Origin: the human T2T-CHM13v2.0 reference genome, Homo sapiens
Assembly: GCF_009914755.1 (NCBI RefSeq)
Contig: NC_060926.1
Direction: 5' to 3' (one strand)
DNA length: 64,000 nt
Shown: positions 1-11,934 of the stretch, piece after piece
Position numbering within the stretch: position 1 is the first letter of the stretch
Layout: every line of letters starts with the position of its first letter
Notes under the pieces: model-generated
The model's input: only the letters and a program-made list of their open reading frames with translations
Database searches by the model: none
What the model was told of the DNA's origin: nothing
Program-made: the position numbers and the translations under genes

Positions 1-400
1 GGAGATGCTAGGTGTTTGGGGGACTTTGAGGATAAGAGATACCCCTTCCTGTCGAGAAGTTTGGAATATAATTGAAAAGAAGGGGATAGGTGGAACAGTG
101 TCTGCCGTAGTGGAAAGTTGCTTGTTAAAGTAGAAGTGTAAACAATACTGCTGAGTTTAGAGAAGGGCAGAGATCGTAATGAATTATAAACAGACTTAGG
201 AATGGTAGAGAGCAGACAGGAGGGCATTTCAGGCCACGGGATAGCATAAACCAAAAGCCCCAGGGGGAGAAGGTGTAAGACTTGTCTGAGAGCCAGTGGA
301 CTCGTTTGGCACAAAGGGTATCTGGGGGAATTGGTGTAGTTTGACAATGTCCCAGGAATGGAGAGAAGATTTTAAATATGTTAGGGTGTTTGTTTTACAT
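1..400 (-). mobile_element. Degraded L2 LINE fragment (COPS8 intron)
   Basis: Purine-rich sequence with L2-like words (gagggcatttcaggccacgggatagcataaaccaaaagcccc) resembling the antisense L2 3' region. Confidence 0.5.
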
Positions 401-1186
401 ATGTACACTGGCCTATTAAATATGGAAAGTAAAATCCAGAATATTTCCTAAGCATGTTGACCACCAGGTGGAGGAGCTCTTGCATTACCAATGAGCAATG
501 CCCAGGGAGAAAGGCCAGCTGGTTTCACAGTGCTCAACTCTACCGTACTCCTGAGTTTATTTAATTGGGTATGGAAGCCTGGGGACAATCCTAAATGCCA
601 CTTTCAGGAAAGTTTTCGTTGCTGGTATTGTTTGGCAGTCCCTTCTTAGAGTCATTCTTTCAAGGTGGGAATTTAGGATTTTGAACCTTAATTCAGTCAA
701 GAGTTTGATGCAGACTTGGAAGAATGCTCCAGTTACAAGATTTGTTCTGTAACTCCCAGGTGTGGTCCTGTATTAGAGACGTTTTTGAAAAGGACAGCTG
801 ATTACGCAAATCAGTTTTCTGCTCCTTTGATTCCAGCATTTGTAAATGAAATAAGATAAGTAAAATTTATATCCCCATTGCATAAACATACTGCATTTTC
901 TTAGGGTTAGAGCCTTGTGTTTAGTAACCTTTTTCCATCTTTGTAATTTTCATTATCTGAGATTTTTCATCCAAGAGGAAGTGTAAGAAATGTATTTTTT
1001 TCCAGCAATATTTGAACCCCCCGTACATACTGGGCATATGTATTTGTATCTATAAGCACAGAAATCTTTGGGTTCATCTGGCCTTGCTTATGAAAACTAG
1101 ACAAGGACAGTGGTGTGATTTAACAATGTGCTTTGAAAATGCTGCTCCCTGGTTCACTCTCTGCCAACCCACCACTCCCACAATAG

Positions 1187-1294
1187 ATGCAACAAGGAGA
1201 CGCGCCTTTGCCCTGGTCTCTCAAGCGTATACTTCAATCATCGCCGATGATTTTGCAGCCTTTGTTGGACTTCCTGTAGAAGAGGCTGTGAAAG
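1187..1294 (+). CDS. COPS8: COPS8 coding exon (108 nt; (D)[35 protein letters not shown](G))
   Basis: caatag|AT acceptor and AAAG|gtaatt donor. Peptide matches the recalled CSN8 PCI-domain region and appears in ORF 1012..1338. Confidence 0.97.
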
Positions 1295-1778
1295 GTAATT
1301 TTGGCTTACTTTTTACTTATAAGGAAAATGGAAAATAGAAGTGTGAATTGTAGGTTCACAGTCTCCTCTGAAACACTTGGAACAGAATATGCTTTTGGAG
1401 TCCAGGCTGTGTTTTTTGAGAGGTGATATGAAACAGGTGTTGTGGAACACCCAGCAGGCACCCTGCAGTCAAGCATATTAATAGTTCTATAGCAAGCAAA
1501 TGTGTGAGTATCCACACAGTTGGTTACAAAAATATGTCTTAATTGGTCTCTTTACTCATATTTGGAAATCCTTATTTCACCCTTATTTGATAAAGGCAGC
1601 ATCATCCCCACGTCCCTTTTCATTTTCCCTGCCATTTCTGACCCATACCCTAGGCGCTTGCTTGCTCCCCACTCATACCTGCTGGTCTCTCCAAATGTAA
1701 CTTTGCATTTTCATTTCTCAGCTGATGCCCAGACTAATCCTTCCTGTTGCTCGTTGTTATAGAATATTGTATACACCT

Positions 1779-2164
<386 letters not shown>

Positions 2165-2309
2165 CTAAATTTCCAGGGCCTAGCATAGTTGTAGATACAT
2201 GAAGATAGGTTAATGAAAGTTCTAAGTTATTACTTTTATTTACTCATACAAACATTTATTTCTTTTGGCTCTTAAAATTGGTCCATCATTTATTTTCTAT
2301 ATATAACAT

Positions 2310-2560
2310 ACTTCAGAGCTCGTATTCTCAGCTGACCACCTGGATGTGAATGCTGGTACCACCCGTCCCTGATGCTAGTGGCTATGTGACTTAGGACAAA
2401 TCACTTGAATTTCCCTCAACTTTATTTTCCATACCTGTCAAACGATGGCCCTATATCCCACTTCATAGAGTTGTGGTGATTACATAAAATCATCCCTATA
2501 AAAGCACGTAGTCTGGTACCTACAGGTAAACCTTCCATATATGGAAGCTGTTTTTATTAT
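2310..2560 (+). mobile_element. MIR SINE
   Basis: Core gctatgtgacttaggacaaatcacttgaa...cttcatagagttgtggtgatta. Confidence 0.75.
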
Positions 2561-2905
2561 TGCCATCTTTGTTATTACTGATATGATGGTCACAAAAGGC
2601 GCCATATCAGTTTTCCTTCTGTTTGTTTTAAATAATACTGATTAGGTTAATACTATAATATATTCTTGACAGAAAACTAACCATCTTTTAATGATTATAG
2701 CAACCTAATAGAGTAAAATGAGGCTTTGATACCTGTTTCAGAAATATTTCAATAATAAGTTTCCATGCTCTTTGTAATATACCTTTCTAGTAAAAATGCA
2801 TATGACGGGTTATACTAAACACATCAGGTCTTCTGTACAACTAATGTCATGGACAAGTTGTGGATTTTGTGGGGTGTTTTATTCTTTCCGGATCTTTATG
2901 TGTAA

Positions 2906-3085
<180 letters not shown>

Positions 3086-3917
3086 TAACACAATGGAAAT
3101 AACTCATTTTAAATAAAGCGTAGTAGACGGGGTAGAAAGGATCACCTAGTTTAAACTCTTAAAAATGTATTTCCTGTATATAAATGATTTTACGTAGGTT
3201 TTTCATGGTCCTTACACCTTAGTTTTTACTAAATATTAATCTCCATCCTTTTATGGAGCCATTTGTAACTGAGCTTATCCTTCATATCCAAGCTGTTGTC
3301 TGTATTAAAAAAAAATGTTTAAATATTCAACTGCCCCCCTTTTCTGTTTGCACTCAAGTCATACAGGCACTTTTCCTGTGGCTTCCACTTTCACAGAGTT
3401 AACTTCTCTAGCCCTCCTTTTAAGGCCTTAATTTCTATGACCTGCCCTCATTGTCTTTATCTGAATTCCCAGCCCCTCAGTCTTCCTGTTGGAAGTGAGC
3501 CACACTCATTCCCGCCTGATAGTTTCTCTTCCTCCTGCTGACCAGGAGTGTCTTTTCTGCCAGGTCTTTAGAGCCAAGCTTAATGCCCACTTCCATAAAC
3601 CTGCCTTCATCCACGTCAGCCCAAATTTCCTTCCACCTACTCGGAATGCCTATGTTTAGACATTGCTGAACATACAGTAAAGGATTCTCAATGTGCTCAG
3701 CCCTTTGAGTTACAAAGAGTGAGAAGACATGATCCCAGTCAAGTGAGATAGTGGGGGAAGAGTAATATAATAAAGAATTATAATGGAGCACAGTTGTTAT
3801 CCCTGTTTGAGAAATAAATGGCCGTAAATGCATGTTGTGCTGAAAATAGCATGTTCTATGAAAGATCTTTACAATGACTTCTGTAAATTGAGCTGTACAT
3901 TTTTTTTTTGAATTTAG

Positions 3918-3965
3918 TTGCAGGGGCCCTGGATGTTTCCTTTAACAAGTTTATTCCCTTATCAG
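3918..3965 (+). CDS. COPS8: COPS8 coding exon (48 nt; (V)AGALDVSFNKFIPLS(E))
   Basis: T-tract-gaatttag|TT acceptor and TCAG|gtatgt donor; frame continuous. Confidence 0.95.
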
Positions 3966-4320
3966 GTATGTATTTTCATATGCACATTTTTTAATGTCTC
4001 ATTGTTCCTAATTTCTTTTTTGTAGTATATATGTATATGTGTGTGTGAGTGTGTGTATCTATTTCTTACCTTGTAAACAGAGGTTAAATTTCATAAATGC
4101 GTAGTAATACATCTGGTTACAAGAGTGAAACTGGGCTCCCCCAGAGCTTGCCTTGAGGCGGTGCCCTCCTCTGGGCCAGCTGCAGAGCCTTCTTATTCTC
4201 ATGTCAGGGAGGCCTGCCAGAGCTGTTCACCAGTACTGTTATTCAGAAGGCGTCCCCAGGCTGACGTGTAGTAATTTAAATGTTGGAATGTAAATTCCTT
4301 GAGGTTCTTTGTGGGTTTTC

Positions 4321-4343
4321 TTTTTTTTTTTTTTTTTTTTTTT
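4321..4343 (+). repeat. T23 mononucleotide run in last COPS8 intron
   Basis: 23 consecutive T. Confidence 0.95.
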
Positions 4344-4761
4344 GGTTTGTTGACAATTTAATATTCTTCAGTGATGTCTGGGGCATGGGAAGCACTCTAT
4401 TTCTTGAATTTAATGTTGCATGGGTAAGGATGTTTTCAAGAAGAGCTGTGATCTTTTAAAAGACATGTTGCATGATAAAAGTGTCTTTAACCTTTACATA
4501 GAATACTTCAGTAACAACAACATGAGACATGCCTTTACTAGCAGTTAGGTAAAACCATACTCATAAAAGTTGCAACTTCTTGGCTTGCTTTTCAAAAATG
4601 TCCAAGCCTCTATGATGTAAGATTTTGTCTAAAACCAGGACAAATCTAAGAAAGTTAACTTACTGTTAAAAATTGAAGGCATTAGGGGAGGTAGGTGTTG
4701 GGGCCAAAGCTTTGTTACTGTGGTATGTAACATGAAGTGTGTTTGTTTCTTTAACATACAG

Positions 4762-4841
4762 AGCCTGCTCCAGTTCCCCCAATACCCAATGAACAGCAGT
4801 TAGCCAGACTGACGGATTATGTGGCTTTCCTTGAAAACTGA
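4762..4841 (+). CDS. COPS8: COPS8 terminal coding exon ((E)PAPVPPIPNEQQLARLTDYVAFLEN*)
   Basis: catacag|AG acceptor; stop TGA at 4839-4841; matches the CSN8 C-terminus. Confidence 0.97.
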
Positions 4842-5037
4842 TTTATCACTCTGAGTTCAAGATTCATCTTCAGAATCCTGTATACTGACAAACGTAGAAA
4901 TGTAAAGTTTGTATTTTCAATTTATTGGATGGCTTAAGCACCTCAGCATTCCTTACTATGTGATAAAATACATATAGAATATAAGATATACTATATACAT
5001 TTTGTCCATAAACGTTATGCTGAATAGTTGTTGAAAC

Positions 5038-5045
5038 AGTTCTCA
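5038..5045 (+). promoter_or_regulatory. miR-146a/b 8mer seed match (AGTTCTCA)
   Basis: Complement of miR-146a nt 2-8 (GAGAACU) plus A1; preceding C also pairs nt 9. Confidence 0.75.
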
Positions 5046-5079
5046 TTTTGTAGTATTTAATAATCTGGATGGAGCCTGT

Positions 5080-5087
5080 CAGTATTA
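5080..5087 (+). promoter_or_regulatory. miR-200b/c/429 8mer seed match (CAGTATTA)
   Basis: Complement of seed AAUACUG plus A1. Confidence 0.55.
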
Positions 5088-5766
5088 CAGTTAGTTTTCT
5101 AGTGACTCATAAAATAAGATTTCCTGTTTCATGTAGAATAGTGTTTGTCAACTGTCTTTTCTCTGTCCCAGCACATGCCGTACTCTTATATGTACCATTG
5201 GTTGATAATTATAATGATTCATTTGGACTTGAAGAAAGATTGTCCCCAGGCACAGTATCTGAATCACTGGGGATTATGATTCACCCTCTTTGGAGAACAT
5301 GCTCTCTTTTCACCCCCCACCTCCTGAGAGCCACTAATGTAAGATACAGAAACATAGCTGAGGAACAAATAGACCATTTCCATACTAAACCAGTTTGTTA
5401 ACTTTAGATTTTTTCCAATAGTGTGAGTATATCCATTGCTGGCAGTGGAGGGCTTGCCATGAAAATGCAACTTATTTAAGACATTTATGAGACATATTAA
5501 CTTGTGCTGTCGCCTTTTAGAAGGAGAAACTTAAGTGTGGAATGCATTATATGGGCAAAGAAGCTATGAAGATACATGATACACTTTGTACAACTATCCT
5601 GCAGCCCATTGGTTGCTTATATTTATCGCTTGGCTCAAGTTCTGCCCTTTGGAGAAATACTGAGCAAGTCTTTCATTCTCTGTGTGACAGCCCTCTGAAT
5701 ATTTGAAGTTGTTTGTTGTAACTTAAGGTTATAACAGCCCTTAGTTCATTTACTCTGCATTTGTTC

Positions 5767-5772
5767 AATAAA
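5767..5772 (+). terminator. Polyadenylation signal AATAAA (proximal COPS8 candidate)
   Basis: Canonical hexamer with TGTA upstream and T-rich sequence downstream. Confidence 0.65.
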
Positions 5773-6179
5773 TATTTAACTGAATTCTTCAATTATTTCA
5801 TCTAAGATAGTTTCTGGAAATTTCACTCTCGATCTTTCTGTGGACACAATCTATTTTGTCATTGTGTCTATATGAATCTCTTAAGTAGAAATGAGTTGTA
5901 TGGTGAATCTGTGTAGTGATAATTATATAATTTATTTATTTTGAATGCATTTTAGTGGCTATTTCAGTTTTTCTTAACATATATGGGAATACTTTTTGAA
6001 TTGCAATTTTATTTAACCCGGATAGGTAAGTCATATTAAAATTCCTTGTTTTACAGTTGAGGAAATGGGAATTCAAGAAGTCAGAGGATCAGGAGAGTGA
6101 TCAAGAGAATGACAGTGCCAGTTTTTTTAACTTCCAGGTATTAAGTACAAATTGTATCCATGGTTATTTTTTAAAAGCA

Positions 6180-7020
6180 GATTAGAGTCAATCCAAATAT
6201 TCATTAATAGGGGATTGTTTGAATAAACAGCAGTGTAGACTACGCAGGTGTAAAAGGAGTGAAGATCTCTATACTAAACTGGAATGATCTCCAGAGTGAG
6301 AACATAGAAAGCACATGTAGTTTATATGGTTATTTTGAGGGTAACAAAAGGAGAATGATTACAATTATATATATGTACATATTTCCTTATATTTCAAAAC
6401 TAAGCAATTGGGGGATATATACAAAATGAATATAATAGTTCCCTAAAGAGGAAGGAGAGGACAGTGAACTACTACATAGAGAAAAAATAATCTCAAGTGA
6501 TCAAACACAATATTTCAATTTTACATTGTCAGTGGGATATACACTAAGGACAGAAAAAAATCTTAGACTAATGAATGTGGTTTTTCATGATTAATTTCAC
6601 AAAATCTTGATATCTTTTTTATTATTAAAAGTATAGATTAAATTAATAATCATGTAACATTAGACCCCAGTAATCTTAAATTTGACATGGAAACCTCATT
6701 ATATGCTTTATTTTTCTTTGTAAACAGTAAATATTTCCCACTCCTGTCTACATGAAAAGGTCTAGAGTAATTACAGTTCAGTAACAATGAGCACCACTAG
6801 TACCCAGATGGTGTTCTTTCATTTTCATTTGCAATTAAAAGGAATCAGAACTTATTTGCAAAACAGCTAATAGTTCCAGGGCAGTAAGTGTACAAGTTCA
6901 TATCTGGTACAAGATGTCCAGGATTCAAGGAGGCTCTTAAAGACTTGGGATTCTGTCAAAGGGTTATACAAGCCAACTTGAAGGGATTTCTACAGGCCAT
7001 GTAAAAATGAGACAGTTTGA
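6180..7020 (+). mobile_element. Old L1MC/ME 3'-region fragments
   Basis: aatgagcaccactagtacccagat...aaaaggaatcag...agccaacttgaaggg resembles the L1MC 3' consensus. Confidence 0.6.
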
Positions 7021-7339
7021 GCATGAAATATTTGTATATGTGTCTGTTTTTAACTCTTAATAACCTCATCACTGTACAAGAAAGGCAGGGTAAGTGCTTG
7101 ATTTCACTTCCCTTTATTATCAGTTCTCAGGACAAATTGATATGCTGCCAATCTCTAAAGCAACAAAATCGAACCTGTAGGGTAGTCAAAAAGCTCATGC
7201 TGGAAAATTCCACCGAATAAAGATAAAAGTTAGAAAAACGGTACTTGCAGCCCTTAATGAAACAAAGAAGGGATCATGGAAATATATATCAATGCTGTTG
7301 AGACCACAGGGTAAGAAATTGAGATTGAGCATGAAATAT

Positions 7340-7818
7340 GTCCAGTACATCCATCAGCCTGTCTTTGTGCTCTGGCTATTTCTGAGCCAGCCATCTGTGT
7401 ACAAGTGTAGCCTGACAGCACCCTGTTTCAGATCCATTGGATATCTCTAAAATTTGCTCTGGGACTTACCCTGGCACTACTATCAGGATGCCCACACAAA
7501 CCTGATTGGGCAGCCCATCAGCAGTTGTGAACATGACATGGTGAATAAACACTCTCTTCCTTGTCTCAGGGCAGACTATTTCCAATGTGTTCTATACCTA
7601 GATCCTCAAAAAGAACCCCCAAAAAATTGAGCTGTGGTGTCCCATGGTCATAAGCTCTCTAATGCAGCCTTCAATTGTTTTTTCCTCATTCCTTGTTTTA
7701 CTTTTCCTGGTTCCCTGTCTCTTGTTCCCGGAGATCAATAGAAGTGATCTGTCTACATATCTTTACATACCTATGCTATTCTGCCTTGGGGCGGGGATCG
7801 GGGACCTAGTCAAATCAA
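7340..7818 (+). mobile_element. ERVL LTR, LTR16-like
   Basis: aattgagctgtggtgtcccatggtc...ttccttgttttacttttcct...ctgccttggggcggggatcggggacctagtcaaatca resembles the LTR16 3' half. Confidence 0.55.
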
Positions 7819-7868
7819 AGGGAAGTGTGTAACACATGAATCAGACTGAAAGCACCTGAATTTAATTT

Positions 7869-7880
7869 TATATATATAAG

Positions 7881-7912
<32 letters not shown>

Positions 7913-7981
7913 TATATAATACGTATATGCATATATATAGTATATAAATATATACATATATACATGTACATATATATATAT
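7869..7981. repeat. Interrupted (TA)n microsatellite
   Basis: ~110 bp of tatata with few interruptions. Confidence 0.95.
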
Positions 7982-9218
7982 TTAAAGGTTTAGATCTGCT
8001 ACTTTACATAAAATGTGAGAATTAATGGAACAAGTTAAACATCCCACTAAGAAACAGCCAGTTCCAGAATGTGGGAAATTTAACAGGATTAGTGAGTTTG
8101 CTTGAAAAATAAATGACAAAAAGTCAGGGGGTGGTAGTAAGTATGAAAATGTCTGTTCCTGGGTTGAAGTACCTTGAGGCCAACTCAGAATTGTGTCAAT
8201 AACTAATAGGTGAATACCCACATTTATCCCTTGAGAGGCATCAGCCCCTAAATCAATGAGGAATGTGGAGCTAAGATTTGAGAGTACTGCAATGAGGTCA
8301 TCTGCAGCAGCTCTTTGCAGGGTCGGTGGCAGGTGTTTGCTGATTCCACAGGGCACAGCAAGATTCAAGCTTTGCCTGGTGAGGGGCCTGCTGCTGAATA
8401 ACCTAACAACCTGTGGAATTTGGGCACTTTGAAAGGGCTGGGGTGATAACAATGGAGACTTGAGAGGGCTAAACCACACTGTTTACCCTTCAAAACATTT
8501 GGTGAACTTTTAAGCTGCCTAGGGTAGGAGACCAAAAAGCAAGTCAAAAACCTTTGAGAAACAGTTCCGTTTTCCTGGAGTTTTGCTATGTCAGCGCTCC
8601 ATTAAACAAGGTTGTTGGGTGGGGGAAGGTGTTTGCTTATAAATATAAACCAGAAGTAGAATATTAGTAAAACTGCTCCTGGAAGACAGGTCAATATAAA
8701 ATATTAAGCTGAAGTACAGAAATGAAACAGTGGAACTTAACTGGCAATTGTGTTGGAGACATGTGGTACACAGCATAGCGATCTACCATTTATCTAATTG
8801 GAATCCAAGGAAGAGCGAGAATATAGAGTGGAAAAATAGAAGTACCAGCCCAGAATTTTCTGAAAGTGATGAAAGAAATCAATCCACAGATTCAAAAAGC
8901 TCAGAAAACCCCCACAGAGGATAAATGCAAAGAAAACCACACCCAGACAACAGTAGTAAAACTACTGAAAACCAGAGACAAAGAGAATATATTAAAAGCA
9001 CAGAGGGAGGACCCGGGGGGACATTATCTTCAAAGAAGTAGTGGTAAAGCCAGACAGTGAAATGGCATTTTTAACATGTTGAAAGAAAAATAAAATCCTA
9101 ACTGCTATATACAAAAGATCCTCTTTTAATATTTCTGTGTTCTTACATTTAAAAGTTGGAAAAAGATATACCATTGCAAATACTAACCAAAAGAAAGTTG
9201 GTGCACCTTTGATAGTAA

Positions 9219-9478
9219 GAGTTGGCCCTCCATATCTGTGGGTTCTACATCTGTGATTCAATCAACTGTGGCTCAAAAATATTTGAAATTTTTCTAAAAA
9301 AATACAGCATAACAATTATACATTGCATTGTATTAGGTATTAAATCTAAAGTATACGAGAGAATGTGTATAGGTTATTTGCAAATACTATGTTATATAAA
9401 GGACTCTGATCTACAGATTTTGTATACTTGGCAGTCTTGAAGCCAAGTATATCCCCTGTGAATATCGAAGGGTGATTG
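9219..9478 (-). mobile_element. MER2 (TcMar-Tigger) DNA transposon
   Basis: gttggccctccatatctgtgggttctacatctgtgattcaatcaac...gaatatcgaagggtgattg TIR-like ends followed by TA. Confidence 0.8.
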
Positions 9479-9551
9479 TATTAGGCAAAGTAGACCTCAA
9501 GGCAAGAAGCATTATTAGAGATAGAAAGTAATTTTTAATGAAAAAGATTGC

Positions 9552-10035
9552 ATATAGTTTCCTTCTGTAACAAATTACTGCAAACTTAATGGCTTAAAAC
9601 AACACAGATGTATTATCTTACAGTTCTGCAGTCCACAAATCTGAAATGGGTCTCACTGGGCTTATGTCAATAGGGCTGCATATTTTTCTGTAGGCTCTAG
9701 GGGACAAGCTGTTACCTTGCCCTTTCCAGCTTCTAGAGGCCGCCCGCATTTCTTGGCTCATGCCCCTCTTTCTCCACCTTCAAAGCCAGCAACATTGGGT
9801 AGAGTTATTTTCACACTGCTCGATCTCTGGTTCTCTCTTCTGCCTCCTTTTTTCCACTTTGAAGGACCCTTGTAATTATATTGGGCCCACCTGGAAACTC
9901 AGGATACTCAGTCTATTTTGAGGTGAGCTGATTAGCAATCTAGTTCTGTCTGCTATCTTAATTTCCTTTTCCCATATAACCTGAGATTCTACGGATTCAA
10001 ATATAGACATTTTTGGATGTCCGTTATTCTACAGA
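9552..10035 (-). mobile_element. MLT1 (C/D-type) MaLR solo LTR
   Basis: gtaacaaattactgcaaacttaatggcttaaaacaacac...ccctttccagcttctagaggccgcccgcatttcttggctc. Confidence 0.85.
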
Positions 10036-10460
10036 GATCAGTCCAAAAGGCAACAGGAATATGTAGCAATTCTAATTTTATATTCAAAATATAATCAAGT
10101 GGAAGTTTACCGAACTAAAAGGAGAAAAGAGTCATCTATAATCATACTGGAAGACATAATACACCTCTCATTAGCTGATGGCATGAACAGACAATATCAC
10201 AAAGAACATAGCAAAGGTGACAGACTTGATCTAATTGGGATACATAAAACACTAACCAACAATGACAAAATATAATTTCATTTTATGCTGTATAAACCAT
10301 TTACCAAAATTGAACACATAAAGGACCATAAAGCCCTAATACATTACAAAGAGTAGAAATCAAAATGAGTGCATTCTCTGAAAACAGTGGGATTAAGCTA
10401 GAAATCAATAAAGCCATAGAGATTACTAGGAAATCTCTAACTGCTTAGGAATTATGTAGT

Positions 10461-10757
<297 letters not shown>

Positions 10758-11109
10758 TTATGTAGTATACTTCTCAATGACCTGAGAGACATAAAAGAAA
10801 ACATAAATTAGAAATATTTAAGGACTTCATCCAAGGCTAAGATTGGAGATAATGTATAGACTTAAAAGCAATTACTAGAAAAGAGGCTGAAAACCAATAA
10901 TCACAAATCAAATACAAATAAAGTTGGAGGGAAACATTAAGACCAAAAATCAATGAAATAGTAAATAAAAATACAATAGAAATAAGTCAACAAAACCACA
11001 GATTGGGGCTTTGAAAAGGAACAAAATTGTTAAGTCTCTAGCAAGAATAATAAGGAGAAAACACAAATTATACACAGCAGTAGTGAAAAAGCAAAAAAGT
11101 TGGTAATAG

Positions 11110-11299
11110 GGCTGGGTGTGGTGGCTCATGCCTGTAATCCCAGCACTTTGGGAGGCCGAGGTGGGTGGATCATCTGAGGCCTGGAGTTCAAGACCAGCCC
11201 CGCCAACATGGCAAAACCCCATCTCTAATAAAAGAAAAAATACAAAATTAGCCAGGCATGCTGGCGTGCGCCTGTAGTCCCAGCTACCTGGGAGGCTGA
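11110..11299 (+). mobile_element. AluS, 3'-truncated in the right arm
   Basis: Left arm plus linker; ends abruptly at ...ctgggaggctga with no tail. Confidence 0.9.
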
Positions 11300-11934
11300 C
11301 AAGCTGAATTTAAAATTTATTGATGACTATAAGAGACCACAAATAGCCAAGGCAGTCTTTACAAAGGACGTTAGATGACTTACATCACCAGAGATCAAGA
11401 CTTTTAAAGCTACATTAGTGAAGACATATGTAGGATAAACAAAGGGACCAGGGGAATATAGAAAGATCCAAACAGACCCCAAATAAAGTCACACCAGAAC
11501 TGACTTTTGTTGTCAAAGGTAACATTGCAATACAGGGAGCAGGGAGGGACAAGATTATTTATTTTAATTGTGCTATTTAATTAGATATCTCTTAGAATAA
11601 TACAGGTTTTTTTTTAACTCCAATGCATTATAGACATAAGATTATTAACACTTTAAGGAAAACATAGGAGAATATTCTTCCAAACTTAGGATAAATGCTA
11701 AAAACATTGACCATACAAGCAAAGATTAAATTAGCCTATATTAATCATAATAACTGTTTATCGCACATGTACCCCTTAACCTAAAAGATGAAGAAGAAAA
11801 TAAAAAATAAAATAAAATTTGAAGAAAATGTTAAACAAAAATGAAACCATACCAGTACTAGAAGAAAAATGGGTGAATTCCTCTTTAACCTAGGCAAAGG
11901 AAAGGCTTCTCTGGCTCCCAATCTGGATTTAATT

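Larger units (their letters stand above)
4842..5795 (+). other. COPS8: COPS8 3'UTR (proximal form; may extend to ~7.57 kb)
   Basis: Follows the stop codon; AT-rich and repeat-free; AATAAA at 5767-5772. Confidence 0.7.

Noticed and set aside
1012-1338. 108-aa ORF as a stand-alone gene
   Set aside because: Only 1187-1294 is exonic COPS8; the rest is intron read in frame
7982-8479. 165-aa minus-strand ORF
   Set aside because: No recognisable domain, non-ATG start, lies in repeat-derived sequence
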